Notes: a model not told the origin generated them from the letters alone. A DNA stretch of 64,000 nucleotides from Zancudomyces culisetae HAW-14-8 (GCA_052426225.1 JBNJNM010000014.1:434001-498000); one strand, 5' to 3'; positions 25,453 through 39,048 are shown, counted from the first letter of the stretch. Translations and numbers: made by a program.

Positions 25453-28400
25453 TTTCGAATTTTCTTCTATATTTCCTATTTAAAAACGATGAAAGGTTTA
25501 AGTATTGTTGGATCTAAAGAAAATATCTCTAGGCGATTCACCGGTATTTATCTATTTTCTGGACCTGCCTGATACCGAAAAACTTTTTTTTTTTTCGATA
25601 TAACTAACATTTGCCATAAAAGGAAACAGAACACCTACGAAAGTTTTCGCAAGCAGTACATTATTATGTTCATTGTATTAATAAGCCATATCGCAGTCAA
25701 AATTGCTTTAGTGAATTGTTTGTAGAATGGCCACTCGACTGTACCTGTGCAAAACTATTTGCTAGATTATGCTATTCGATTTATTTATTTTTTCTTCATT
25801 GATGATAATTATTACATACAAATTAACATAAGATTTTTTTTGCTACTTATTGGGAAGCGCCATTATTCTTTAATTAAATTTATCCTTTTTTTCAATTTAT
25901 TTATATTATTTAGTAATTTACTATTTACTATTTTTGAAATCCAATAAGTATAATCTATGATATGCGTTGCAAGAATAGCATGACTAATTTTGTGATTCAC
26001 TTTACATGAGTGTGTTCAATAGAAATAGTTATCCAACTCAAATAATTACACTGAATTGCAAACAATTGGTGATTAATCGTGCAGGGCTTCGGAACCGTAA
26101 AATTAGCCTCAAAAGCAGATTCTCATATTATCTCAACTTGATTGGTTTATCATTCCGAAAATATTCAATCCACTTATCTTTCTAATTAGAATATAAATTG
26201 ATAATATAAAAGTTTGTTCCATTATAAATGTATTTATTTCGTATATATAGGTCATATCAAAAATAGAGTCTAATCAACTGTGCTAAAAATTCCATAAAGC
26301 ACATAAGCCGGAAGTACTACACCTTATTAAAGGGCCTGCTTGTATATGCTTTTGCTAATTTTGGGGTCGTTCGCTAATATTTTCATATTCTTTCTTTTAT
26401 AACATGAAAAACAAAAATATCTTGGTATGTACACTTAGGCAAAGATATTTTTAGTTTGCCAATGAATCAGCAATATATAAAGTCAAAAGGCGTAGCTGGA
26501 AAAGGCACTCATGTCTTTTTATTTTTTTCGGGGCGGAAGGTAAGGAAAGATAAAAAATTTGTTTCCATAACTAGTTCAAACCCAAAAGGATGCATGTTTT
26601 TACTTGCTAATTTCTGTTTCCGATTGTGGTGATAGGTAAAATATGAGAACATTAGTAGCTCAGACGGCAATATGCATTAGCCGAGTTATAATGCTAGTTG
26701 AATTGAATTATATTATTCAAAATGTGGTATCAGGAATCAACAGTAGGCCAACACCCAATTAAAGTATCAGAGTGTTCTACAAACCTGAAAAAAAAAGGGA
26801 TTCGCGTTTTTCTTTTTTAAAAAAAGAATATCATGTATTATATTCATGTTTTTATTTATGTAAACCGGAGCTCCATCAACTAGTTTATGGCTGATTTGCA
26901 TAAAAACTAATTTCACTTCCGAAATTTCGACAAGTATCTACTTGTTTCCATAGAAATAAAACCCAGTTCCATCAATGATTTTGATATCCACCACTAAATC
27001 TCTAAATTAGCATTTTGCCTGTAACAAAAAAAAAGGGAAAACTTAAATAGAATCACATGGTCTAATCGAATTAACTTACAAATCCAGTGCTGTAAAATGT
27101 ACAATTTTATCACACTTAATTACTGCTTTGAATCTCATTCTGAAAATAATAAGCCTCACAACTTAACCCACCCCCCATTTACGGGATATCGTTGGTTACG
27201 TAAATAATTAATAGGCCTATGCCAATAAAAAAAATTTCATATTCAGTTACGTCCTCCCCCCCAAAAAAATAAAATCTTCGTTCTTCATTCACATTCATTA
27301 ACAACATATATAGTTGGTAGCTGGAACTGAAAAGAGCAGACAGGTACTGTTTCACAAAGCTAAGTGATGTAAATATCGTGGTTCCGGTTTTGAATTTTGG
27401 GTTTTGCACATTATTTCTTAGAGCATGAAAATTGCGTCTATTGCGAATAAGTTAGCCATCTATCTACTAAATGTCTTGTTTGCCATGAAATGTCGCAGCT
27501 GACTTGAATTGGTGGACTTTTTTAAGGGAAAAACTAAACAAACACCCACCCATCCCCCAGACAAAGCTATATGCGACCTTTTTGTTTTTTCTCTAGCATT
27601 GTGCATTGGGTGATGAATTTTTTTTTTCAATTTCATCTATCGTTCTCACAATCAGGTGAAACTAGTTCATCTCGAATGTGTGTCTTGTATATAAATTGAT
27701 CAACCAACCTGAATAACCTACTCATCCTCTAATTATTCTAATTTATCACATATTCAAAAGACCTGTGTATTTCTATAATACCAACAACAACCGGTTTTAT
27801 AATATCATTTTATTTACCAAAGCGCTCAAAATTATATAAAAAACAAGAGGATAATACCTGTTTTTTGAAAAAGGAAGGCCAAATTTGTACTAACCATTTA
27901 TTTATAACATATACCAAGTAAAATATACATATCTCTATCGGAGACATATCATATCATATCATATGTAATTGCGACTTTGGCACTTTTGACTGACTTCTTT
28001 TAATAAGAAAGTGAAGATATTCCGTAGCCTTCTACAAAAGACCACAGCGGTCCAAAGAATTATGATGGTATATCAACTGGGAAAAAAAAAGTGAATGAAA
28101 ATATACCCGGGTTTACCTAATGCATAGCGAACTTTCAGCTGGGTTTTCCACAAGAAAAATATGCCAAATGCATGTATGAGGATGCAGAATAAAACTATTG
28201 GTGGAAATTGAAGGTACTGTTGTATCTTGGCAAATGTCATTTGGGAATTTTGGGATTACGCCTTTTGTCTTTGCATTTCAAATTTCGTTATATTGGTTAT
28301 ATTCCATATTCCCTAATTCTGATTTCTGAAATCAATACAGCTAAATAACTTGGCAGGAGGAGAGAAGGAGCAAGAGACAAGCAGATTTTACAATTCTAAT

Positions 28401-28486
28401 TTGATTAAAAGAAATACGCATAAATACGGCTATACGGAAACCAACGAACAATACTCAAAAGTAAAAGAAACAGGACGATTCAGAAA

Positions 28487-28887
28487 ATGTTTTTCTTCTT
28501 AATAGGTAAGAAAATTGCTTGCTCTTTTTATCTTTGCTTTATTATTGCAGATGTCAGATAGAAAAGTATTATTATTATTTGCAAAAGGGAAAATGATAAT
28601 TCCAACAGATATTGTGCGAACTTTTAGGTGGAGTCAGTGACAAAGTAACCCAATTACCAGGTCCAGTATACTTGTGCCCTCGATGCAACAATTTGACATG
28701 CCAACGAGCTGAAATCAAGAAACGATTGTCGCTTTTTTTTGTTCCAGTACTAACCTACGATAAAAAGCAAGTGTATCACTGCCATATTTGTAACTGGACA
28801 GGGGATGTGTTTTATACTCCACAGCAAATTGTTGACCAAAAATATGTGCAAAGACAAAATGACTGGTATGGAAATCTGTCCAGATAG
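28487..28887 (+). CDS. Zinc-ribbon protein 2 (paralogue of 23643-24146), 92 aa
   Basis: Exon 1 is 28487-28505 (19 nt, MFFFLI), intron 28506-28627, exon 2 28628-28887 with CPRC..LSLFFVPVL..CHICNW. Intron position and phase match the paralogue. Confidence 0.8.
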
Positions 28888-29268
28888 AAAGAGGAAGAAG
28901 GTGAAGGGCTGGTGGTAGTTTACAAATCATCTCTCTAGTGGGCTTTGTCCACTGGTGCGCGTGTTTACGAGTCTGTAAACTCGTGACTTGTATCCGTGGT
29001 TGAGCCCAGTAGCCCCTGTATAACTATATGAGGAGAACGCAGTGTAGGATGTGCGATAATAACAGAGTAAAATACACACGAACTGCTGTATAATTAAGTA
29101 GGTATGTCCTAGATAGGCCATGCAACTGAGAGGATGTTGGACCATAAATATTTCAACAAGATCTACCCATCCCTTTTTCTTCTTTTCCGCTTTTCTCTTT
29201 ATTTTATCCATAGGTTTTCTTTTAGGCAAAGTACAATCTAGTAAGGGAAAAAAATCAACCAACAAACC

Positions 29269-31348
29269 TTAGGAGGATTGTTTGTGTAAAGTTCTAAAGT
29301 ACATACTGAGTTTCAGAAGAGTGTTTGAGTATACAGGATCGCAAAGACCTTCGGCTTCTTTTAATAGTGCACTTTCGTTAGCCATGTCTTTTGTTTGTTT
29401 GTTTAACAGCTTGGCCAGATTAAAAATCTAAGATTTATAATAAAACAAACGATTCGTTTAAAGTAAGGAGGGTGCGAGAATAAATGTAACAAAGTTGATG
29501 ATTTTTTTTTTTTGCTTATTCTTGAAAGGATAAACATACCTTAATGAAAGTAGAAGTGTTGTGGTCTTCGGGTTTGAGTAGTAGGGATTTGCAGATTTGT
29601 AGTAAATTATCAAGCTGCATAAGTAGAGATTCTATGAATATAACACGGTTTATTAGAGTTAATTGTATTTTGTTAAAAAAAAAGGTTTAACAATATGGAT
29701 CGTTAATAAACAAATATGGGTGGGTTAGGTGGTGGAACATACCTGTCTCGGATAAATCTACATTGGGAATACTCAGTATGTCAAACGTTCTGGTTAATAC
29801 ACCCATGAAGTCTAGGTAGTTATTCGACATATCACTGATACATTCATGAACCTGCAAAAGAAGCTCGGACTTTTTCGAAGAGTATAAAGAATTTTTTTTT
29901 TAAAAAAAAAAAGACAGTATATTAGTTTTAGATCAGAAAAAATAAATAAATTGTAAAGATAAATAAAAGTCATTCTGTGGAGATAGATCCATAAATAGAT
30001 TGATAGATAGGGACTTACATTTTGTAATAGGAATGCATGCAGGCCTTTAATCTGCTTTAAAAGATCCAATTTACGATTTGCACTTTGATATTCATCATAC
30101 ATCCGAGTATACGTATCTGAAAGTAACTGTAGCTCGCTCTGTAGATCAGTTTTTTGTTCCAGATATTTAATATCAGACTGAATTGAGCAAATCTTCCAGG
30201 ATATTATATCCAGCTTGTCATCGGCCGCCGAATCTAATAAAATATCGTTTTCTACTTGTTGTTTTGATGTGGTTGAGGGTGTAGATGAGGAAACGTTGAT
30301 TTTAGACTTTTTTTCCGAGAGACTGTTGAGTATCGAGATACTTTTTCGCTTCTATTGTTATTTATATACACATATAAATATATATACTATGATGAAATAA
30401 AGTATTGGTTTGTTTGGTAGTTTGGGAGTGAATAGTTGTTGTTTTTTTCTTTCTTTCTTTTCTTACAATTACAGAGCTATTATCGTTAATTCGCCGAGTA
30501 TCTATATACAATATACAAGAGGTAAATAGTCGTTCCAAAAAGAGAAGAATAAAGAAAAAAATGAGAGAGATAGAGAGAAAGAGAGAGAAAGAGAGAGGCA
30601 AAATAAGGGTAAAACATACTCTGCGAAATATACTGGTTTTGGTTAGGATGGTTCCTCACCACTGAAGAGACACAAGTCTTTGTGCTTACAACTGGAGCAG
30701 GTGGTACTACCATTCTTACTTTGGTAGAAGTTGCAGGTGTGTGAACAATTGGTGGTATTAATGTTGCGCCAGTTTTCTTGTAAGGACCTTTGGACGAAGC
30801 TGTTTTGCGGAGCTTTGTAAAAGTGTTTCTGTTTGTGCTGTTATTGACATTTCCGTTTTTAGTACTCGAATCTTTTTGTAAATTTGACGAACCTTTTATT
30901 CTATTCCTGGGAAGTAGGTATCTAGAAGGAACAATTCTAAATTTTGTAGAAACCTACCAAATTTATCCATTTACACATACATTGAATTAAATTGAATTGA
31001 ATTGAATTGAATTGAATAGAATCGAGTACACGAAAAATGTAAAAAAAAAAACTTGGTGTTTTTTAAACAAACAAATTCATTTATATATAATATTACTAAT
31101 GTACAGGGAGGGGGGGGGTGGAGGGGAATGAGGAGGCAAGAAGAATGGAGAATGTGAGAGAGATAATTTTAGGACTTTTATGGTTTTTATGGTTTTTATG
31201 GTTTAGTACTTACAGGATTCTTCCGAGGATTCGGAGAAGAGATCTCTGGTTGTAGGTTCATGGACGCGGTATTATTTAATATTGAATCATAATCGCACGT
31301 TTTTCGTTTGTTGGAGCTTTTATTTTCGTCGTGTTTTATCTTTTCCAT
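29269..31348 (-). CDS. Putative HAUS8/HICE1 (augmin subunit 8, QWRF-like) protein, 7 exons, about 398 aa
   Basis: Exons 31348-31214, 30953-30620, 30501-30467, 30351-30019, 29851-29743, 29631-29540 and 29427-29269 splice in frame with GT..AG introns. The N-half is basic and S/T-rich with KFRIVPSRYL; the C-half is coiled-coil-like. The gene model is strong and the family call moderate. Confidence 0.6.
30981..31025. repeat. (ATTGA)n pentamer microsatellite in intron 1 of the HAUS8-like gene
   Basis: attgaattaaattgaattgaattgaattgaattgaatagaatcga. Confidence 0.8.
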
Positions 31349-31597
31349 CTGTGTTAAAGATATACTATAATCAAAAGAGCAAAAAATAAAAATAAAAAGG
31401 TGGGGGGGGGGGGGGTGAGAAATGGCAATTGTAATAAAGTGGCAAAGTATCTACGACCATAACTAGCTTTTCCTCATTTGCCAATTTTGTTTATTTTGTA
31501 AACTGAAAAACCCAATAATTTAAAGGATTTGCAAATAAAAGTAAAAAGTAAAAGTAACAATAATAAAAAAAGTTTAAAAAAGGAAATAAGGATTATG

Positions 31598-34500
31598 TTA
31601 AAGGGGTAAACCATACACAACTGGGGAGCAACCAGTCAGGTATTTCAAGTTACAGGCAATCCTAGAAGATTGTACAGACCCAACAAGCGAGGCGGTATTG
31701 GTGGGCAAACTGGGGTGGGAAATCCCACAGAGCTTAAACAGTTCTATGGTGAATCGATCGATATCCTTGTCACCAACATCCCACAGATTCCCTACAACGG
31801 CTTTGCATTTAGCTGCTAGGTAAGTACTAACAGTTCCATTTTTCTTGAATGATTTGGAACCAGTACCAGCACCAGTACCAGCACCAGTACTAGTAGGTAC
31901 TACTGTCCGAACACAGTTGGTCGTTTCAATGGTGGGCGAAACAGAAGAACATCCCATCAGCAGGGCAATTTCCAAATTTGATTTTAGAATATATTGTCGT
32001 TTGATAATAGAATCGCCACTTCCATGGCCAATATAAACAAACAGCTGGCGGGTCTGAAGATGGTCTTCGAGCTCAGTTGAAAATGGATACCTTCCTACCA
32101 CGCCATAGTACTCTTGGTTCCGAGCCAGCAGACTTGAAAACGTGGTTTGAGTACGTTTCAAGTCGCCAGAAGGGTTTAGAATATAAAACAGACTTTTTTT
32201 TGTGGCTAAAGTATCATCTATAATATGGCTGTTTGTAATGGGAGTAGTGGATAAGCCAAGGGTTTGGGTTTGGGTTAAGGTTTGGGTTTGAGTTTGATAT
32301 CTCGGAAACTTGCTGGTATTGGTGTTAATGGATTTTACTGAAGGAGAAAGCATAATTGCATCAACATCAACATCGACATCAATATCGTTATCAATATCAA
32401 TATCAGTATCATTGACATTAACATTAACATTATTGTTTGTCTTTAAAGTCAGAATAGTATTTCGGGTATACTCGAGGTTTATTGGGTTGATGGGTTCAGT
32501 CAGATATTTATACATAAAAATACTTGGCAATCTTGTTGCAGAAATGTTGGAGAGTAAAGGGATGGATTCTATTGGTATATGCGACACGTATTCATCAAGC
32601 ACAAGTATGGTTTTAGTTGTAAGATTTTTTGTAGGGGAGCAGTTTGTAGAGTTTACAGAGTTTGTAGAGTTGATATATTCAGTGAATAAAGTGTTTATAG
32701 CATTTAGATCTTGACTACCAAGCGAATCTAGCAAGTTGTTTATGTTTATGTTTGTGTTTGTGTTTGTGTTTGAATCTCCATCGTGCATGGTCAAAAATTG
32801 AATTAGTTCGGCAAAAATTGGATCTAGACGACTTGAATTAATTGGACATGACAATGGTAATGGTAATGATAATCTTGAAATCCAAAACAACAGAATTCTT
32901 AAAAGGCAAGTAGGAGGAGAAGTGGAGGTAATATTGACAAAATATGGCGCCAATATTTTTGTAAGAATATCCCAGAATTTGATCAGTTGAATATTACTAT
33001 TAGCATTGTTATTATTATTGGTATCGAGATCATTATTGATTTGGTGAGAAAGATCAACAGAAGGATTAAACAGAAACCCAATGTATATTCCAAACCAAGA
33101 AGTCTCCAATTGATCCAAAAACACAGCAACTTTTTTATCTAAAAGCATTCGCAGATTCCACCAATCCATGCGTTCAGATTTCTTCTTGTGTTTGTAGAGT
33201 ATTCCAGAGCCAATAGATTCATTGATTTGGAACACCAATTGGTGGAACTCAGAAACCAAACTGGCATCTTTGTTGGGCAACACGTGCGAAAATACCGTTC
33301 TGTAGTTACCGCCCATACTATTGTGGCTTGTCACCAACAAAACGTCCATAGTATTGCCACGTATACCCAATGGTAGAATGTGGGTGGAGACTATGTTGAT
33401 GTCAGATGGCAACGCAGCTGTTGTTTCCAACATGGAAGTGTAGCCATTCAGCGTACTCGAAGTGTATTGGAGGCAGATTCGATTGTGTAGGCTGTACTCT
33501 TGGTTAAACAGTTTATCAGAGATCAGGATGTGGTTGTGACTTTCCATAATAGCTAGTTTGGAGGAATAGTTGGTACTGTGTTCTATTCTATCTGTTATAT
33601 ACTTGTCGCTACACTTGTAAATGCCAAAGTATTTTAATAGAATCAGTAAATATCCGTTTAGTTTTGAAAGATAGGTCATGTCGTTTACACCAAAACAACG
33701 GGTATTATTTGCAAAACATAATTTCTCGACCAAGTTACTTAGCCATTTAATGTTGTTTATGAATGAACCGAATTTGGCTTCGTTTTTTGATACCAGCATT
33801 GCAGCCAATTTGTGGTTTCTATAGTCCAAATATTTAGTAACCTCGTCACTTTTATTGCCTGTATAGGCTGACACAAGCAGTATTTTCAAACCAGTTAGTC
33901 CGTGCTCCATCTCGCCAAACACTTTGTTGGTTATTAGTCTAATCATTTCAACAATATGCTCAGATTCAAACCCTTCACTTTCACCTTCACTTTCACCCTC
34001 ACCTTCACCCCGACCATGTCCATTGATCACAAGATCTAAAACTTTTTTGAGACTTTGACTAATTTCTCCGCTTTTACTTTTATCTTTGAGAGGGAATAGT
34101 TCAACTCTTTCATTTTGGCTTGAAAACAGATCAGTTATCAACTTTAGATATTCCTCGACAAAATCCAAATAGTTACTCGTTTTATTGGATAAATCTTGGC
34201 AGTTGTGTTTTATATACCTCAACGATTTCGCCATACAGCGTATACACCCAAGTATTTCATTACGGAAAGCAACTGGGTTATTTGACGCTTCAAGTTGTAA
34301 AAGTAAGCTTAACAACCTAACACTTTTTACCACGTCAAACACTGCACCGTCAGTCGGAGGCGTGCTGAAAATATGTGTTAAATACTCAACTGTAGCATTT
34401 ATAGTTTGTGTATTGCTGCAGTCGTTCGTTTCGATGGTGGAATACAATAAGGTTGATTGTAGTATCATGTATTTATCGGATATTCCATTAGCAAACGTCA

Positions 34501-37500
34501 TGTACTTTTCGGCAAAATAACTGGATTCGTTAAAACTACCCACAAAGGAATACATTGCGATTAGTGACTTTAAGATTTCAACAGTGTCGGTTACTAAGGT
34601 CCAGTAACCAAATGGTGGCAACTCGAATGAGTTTTCCTCTGTTTTCCCCACTTTATTGCTGTCACTCTTGAACTCAAAGACATTATCACTTTCCTCAACT
34701 GCTTTCCCAGTACCAAAACAACCTGTTGTTGTTGTTGTTGTTGTTTTTGTTGTTGTCTTGTTTTTCTGTGAATATTTTTTTATCAAAGTAAAAGAAAAGT
34801 TTATTCCCAACAAAGCAGCAAGAATACCTCTGAACACTGCATAGTCATCCGTCTTTATCCTACCACTCATCAATATTTTGCAGTACCATCTTATCATAAA
34901 TACAAACAAAGCAGGTTGGCTGATAATGGTCAAACTATTCCCTTCCAAATTTTTAACCAGATTTTGAATACTTTGTAGTGCAGTATGGTCGCTGTGTAGC
35001 AATGCCTTTGCCACAAATGTAGAAAATAATACTTTAATCTTGTTTATACCTCTTGCTTGTATATTATTATTATTATTATTATTATTATCATCATCATTAT
35101 TATTATTCGCATTAATAATTTGATCATAGTTAAAGCTTTGCTCGTCTTGTAACAAAACCATCAATAGTTCATCCGCTTTTTCATATTCAAATATACTTAT
35201 ATAATTGAGTAACAATTCAGAACATTCAAGGCTAATCATCTCACTAACCATACCACTGTACTTTTTATGCTGTTTGAAAATGCGCTCACAGTGTTTCAAG
35301 ATTCCCAATAGTTGCAATTGAACTTTTGTTTGCAAAAGATTCTGACCAGTTAATCCCAAATAATCCTTCACTATACTCAATTCACCCACCAACTTGAACA
35401 TCAAGTAATAATAATGATAATAATAATAATAATCATGACCATGATCATCATTCTCATTGACATTGACATTGACATTGACACTGACATTACACATTGAATT
35501 GCCTTTATACAGACAAATTGCATCTATATCTTTCAACCCAAAATCAAATTCTATGTCACGTGTTGTATTTCCACTATCCATACCACAACTGTTTGGAGAT
35601 AACCCAAGCAGTTCATAAATCTTACAACAACTTTTCAAGTAGTATTGTGGAAATGTGCTGTTGCAATTCATAAAAGTACTTGTTCTGTTTAAAGTCTGGT
35701 GTAATTTTTGGATTGTATCAACACCACATTGCTTCTTTTCATCTCCAATACTCAAACAACATTTCGCAAATGATAGGTTGAAATTTATCAGAGTCATTTG
35801 GTGGCTATGATTATTATTGGAAAAATCTACCTGATTCATAATTTGTGGTATTTGATATCTTTGGACTATTCCTTCCAACATATAATACTTCAACCATGTC
35901 GTCGAGTTGTTTTCAATTGAATCAATGTAATTTATCTGAACTTCATCAACCAAACACTTGACTTTATCAACATTAATGTTGTTATTGTTATTGTTGTTGT
36001 TGTTGTTGTAGCCATCAAAGTTTATCCAGTTTGAAAGTACAAGTTCCTTTTCTATTTTATTCTTCAGGTATAAATTGTACAAGTTTCCATTTTCAATATT
36101 TCCAAACTCTTCAGACTTGATAATTCCGTTAATCGCCCGAATACTCTTTTTAAAAATCCTGTGTATCTGCTCATATGTAAAGCTTTCCACATTAACAAAC
36201 GATTCCAATCGATGTATATTAAGCACATTAACTAGCTTCCCTTCACTCTTACTCTTGTCTTTAAACACTTGTCCAAATAATTCTGCTTCTAATGCTTTCC
36301 CACACCCCTCAATCGCACTCTCGTATTTTCTCAAATCAAAACCTATACCAGCATACAAAAGCCACTTATTACTCAGTTCCACACATTCAGCCGATACTAT
36401 CTGCTGCCCTGTCATTGAATTGGCCTCGTTCCTGCTTGGATCATTCATGTATTTCGTGAATGCATTAATGCTACTCTCGCAGAATTTCTGGCTTTCGTAA
36501 AGTCGTTTAGCCTTATACAACAATACTGTAAGTCTATGATATATTGCACTAATCGTTTTCAATCTTTTTTTACTTTCCTTTTCCTTTTCATTTCCATTTA
36601 GTTCTATTAGCTGTGTTGCTTTATTTAATCCAGTGTCGATAATGTCAAGGTAGTCAAAGACCGCATTGTTGCTCTCGCCAAATTTCATAATCACCAGCGC
36701 CTGTAACTCATACAGCGACTCTAGTTGATCATTTACAATTTTCTTTTGGACGCTATTTCCAACAACTATATGTTCAAACTGCTCAACCAGCTTTATATTT
36801 GCCACCACAAACGTATAAAAACTGGTTAGTAGTTTCTTGCCTCTTTTTGCACCAACAATCCCGTCTGTATTCGATTTTCTTGTTGCTGTTATATACAAAG
36901 AATGTACAATCAACTCAATTGCTGATAAAAACACCTGAACCTCTGCCTCCTTAATCTGCGCCCCAATAGACTTCCTCACTTTATAAACCAACTGTCCTAT
37001 TTGCTCAAGCTCATCCTCACTAATCACTCCTTTCCCACTATTATATTCTTCCAACATGATGTTACTTTGATACATTTTCCCCACTATCCCCCCTATTGTT
37101 ATCACCTTTTTCCCTCCCGTCTCAGAATAATTACTAGCCAAGCTACTAGCCATTCTTTTAGACGTTGCAAATCCTATTCCGCTCTTGCCCTCTATTCTTA
37201 AAACTCTTCGTATCAACCTCGTGTTTTCTGTTAGTGGTGTTTTATACTTTGTATTAATCGCAATATCCACAAAGACGGAATAGTATTCGGATAACACCCG
37301 CTCTAATCGTTCCTTGTCCGCCGTGGACAATTGTTGATCAACTTGATAATCTTGTAATATACTACTCATCGTTTTTATCATCTTGACGTTTTCGGTTCTA
37401 TCCATTACAAATATTAATTTTTTAACCCCAATTATACACAACTTTAGTCCCTCAATTCCCTTTACTTTCATTCCTAGACTCACTATATTCCCTCCATACA

Positions 37501-38857
37501 CATATACCATCTTTTGAGATATTTGCTTGTCAAGTATCACCAACCTGTCCAATAACTTTTCCATCTCCAAGTGTTTTTCATGATTGATAATGTCGGTAGT
37601 CATTTGTGCCATGTCGATGTTGTGGTGTATTTGATATTTTTGTTTAATCATCTTGTATGACACACATAGTGCAATGTAGCTCTTGTCGCCTTCGTCTATA
37701 TCCTCACATCTTGAAATTACAAATTCTGGTTCCTCAATTGCGTGCATAGTATTGATACCTCCTTGTCCTCTCTTTGAATTGTGTTTTTTGGCACTTTCTG
37801 GTGTGATAATTATTTTATCCATCCCATTCGTGACCTGCATTAATGATAGCCTTTTCTGATGCCTGCTTATTTTATCTGGTGTCTTCTCGGTACTTCTCAT
37901 TACCTGATTCACCACCTTTGCCTTGTATTTCTGTTCTCCATATTCAACTAACAGGTTTTTTAACACTTCAAACATTACTCCGAGCTTTGCATCCTATTTA
38001 CAATAACCAATTCCACCACACACCCCATCCCCTCTTTTGTTGTTATTCTGATTCATGGTTTGCTAGCGTTTACGCCTTGGTAATCTTGCCTTGTATATTT
38101 TTTTTCTTTGCAAGATTTATAATCAAATAAAAGTATGAAAAACAAGATTTAGTATTCTAAAGAAAATTACCTTGTAAACTTCCATAATTCGTTTTACTAT
38201 GCTTACGGCCAACTTTTCAAGTACAAGTTCCTTCAAATTGAGCATATTTTTATGTCTATACACCACCAGAAAGCATGCTTGAAGTATTTTGATGTAGTTC
38301 TCAAGCGCTTTGATATTTCCTGGATTCTGCTCTCTTGCATCTATATATTCATTTCACTTATGTTTTGATTTGTTTTGTTTATTCAGCTTTCTACAAAAAT
38401 GCAGTCATTTTCAAAAGCATATTAAAGATAGGAATGCTCCTAACAAAAATCCCGGATAATCAAAGGAAGCACCCTTTTGTTCGTTATTGAAAAATAATTG
38501 TGAAATATATGTATTGTGTGCTTACGAAAATCCTTAAGCGTCATTTGATTTTGAACCAAGATTTGGAATGCCAAGTCATACAGCGCATAATTCTGTCCTT
38601 CTTCTACAAGTTCCAGTGTGTATTCGGTTTTTAACTGTTTATCTACATTGTTGTTGTTGTATTTTTAGTTTTCATAATGTACAATATACAATAAACATAT
38701 TTGAATACATCAAATGTTATCAAACAATCAATTTTTTTTTTGACTTTTTACCTTCGTTTCGAATTTCAATCCCCAAAAATCCCAACAGTTCCTCAACAAC
38801 ACTATCCGAACATAAATTCGGCTTTATTTTTTCCAGTATCGGACTATATTTTACCAT
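31598..38857 (-). CDS. ESP1: Separase (peptidase C50), 4 exons, about 2262 aa
   Basis: Exons 38857-38752, 38642-38526, 38340-38171 and 37993-31598 splice in frame. Motifs: WWNLRMLLD, IPIESIP..TRLPS, YILNPSGDL, catalytic VYIGHGSG and LMGCSS, VGNLWDVGDKDID, YLTGCSPVVYGLP. Confidence 0.93.
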
Positions 38858-39048
38858 TTTATTCCTTATATTTTACAAGTCTTGTACATGTGCTGGATAA
38901 GTTTACGATTTTACAATATAAATTATGTTTTGTTTTTATTTGTTTTGTTTTTATTTAGATATAGAGTACAAGCTAAAAATTCATTAATATTTAATATATA
39001 TTATTCAAAACTTTATTAAAATTATACTTTTGCAAACACACTTGCTGT

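Noticed and set aside
29008-29022. Minus-strand ACAGGGGCTAC, similar to RNase MRP CR-V
   Set aside because: No matching CR-I (GAAAGTCCCC-like) partner upstream.
1-38857. Apparent cell-division cluster (septin, PP1, HAUS8-like, separase)
   Set aside because: Interspersed with unrelated housekeeping genes and compatible with chance.
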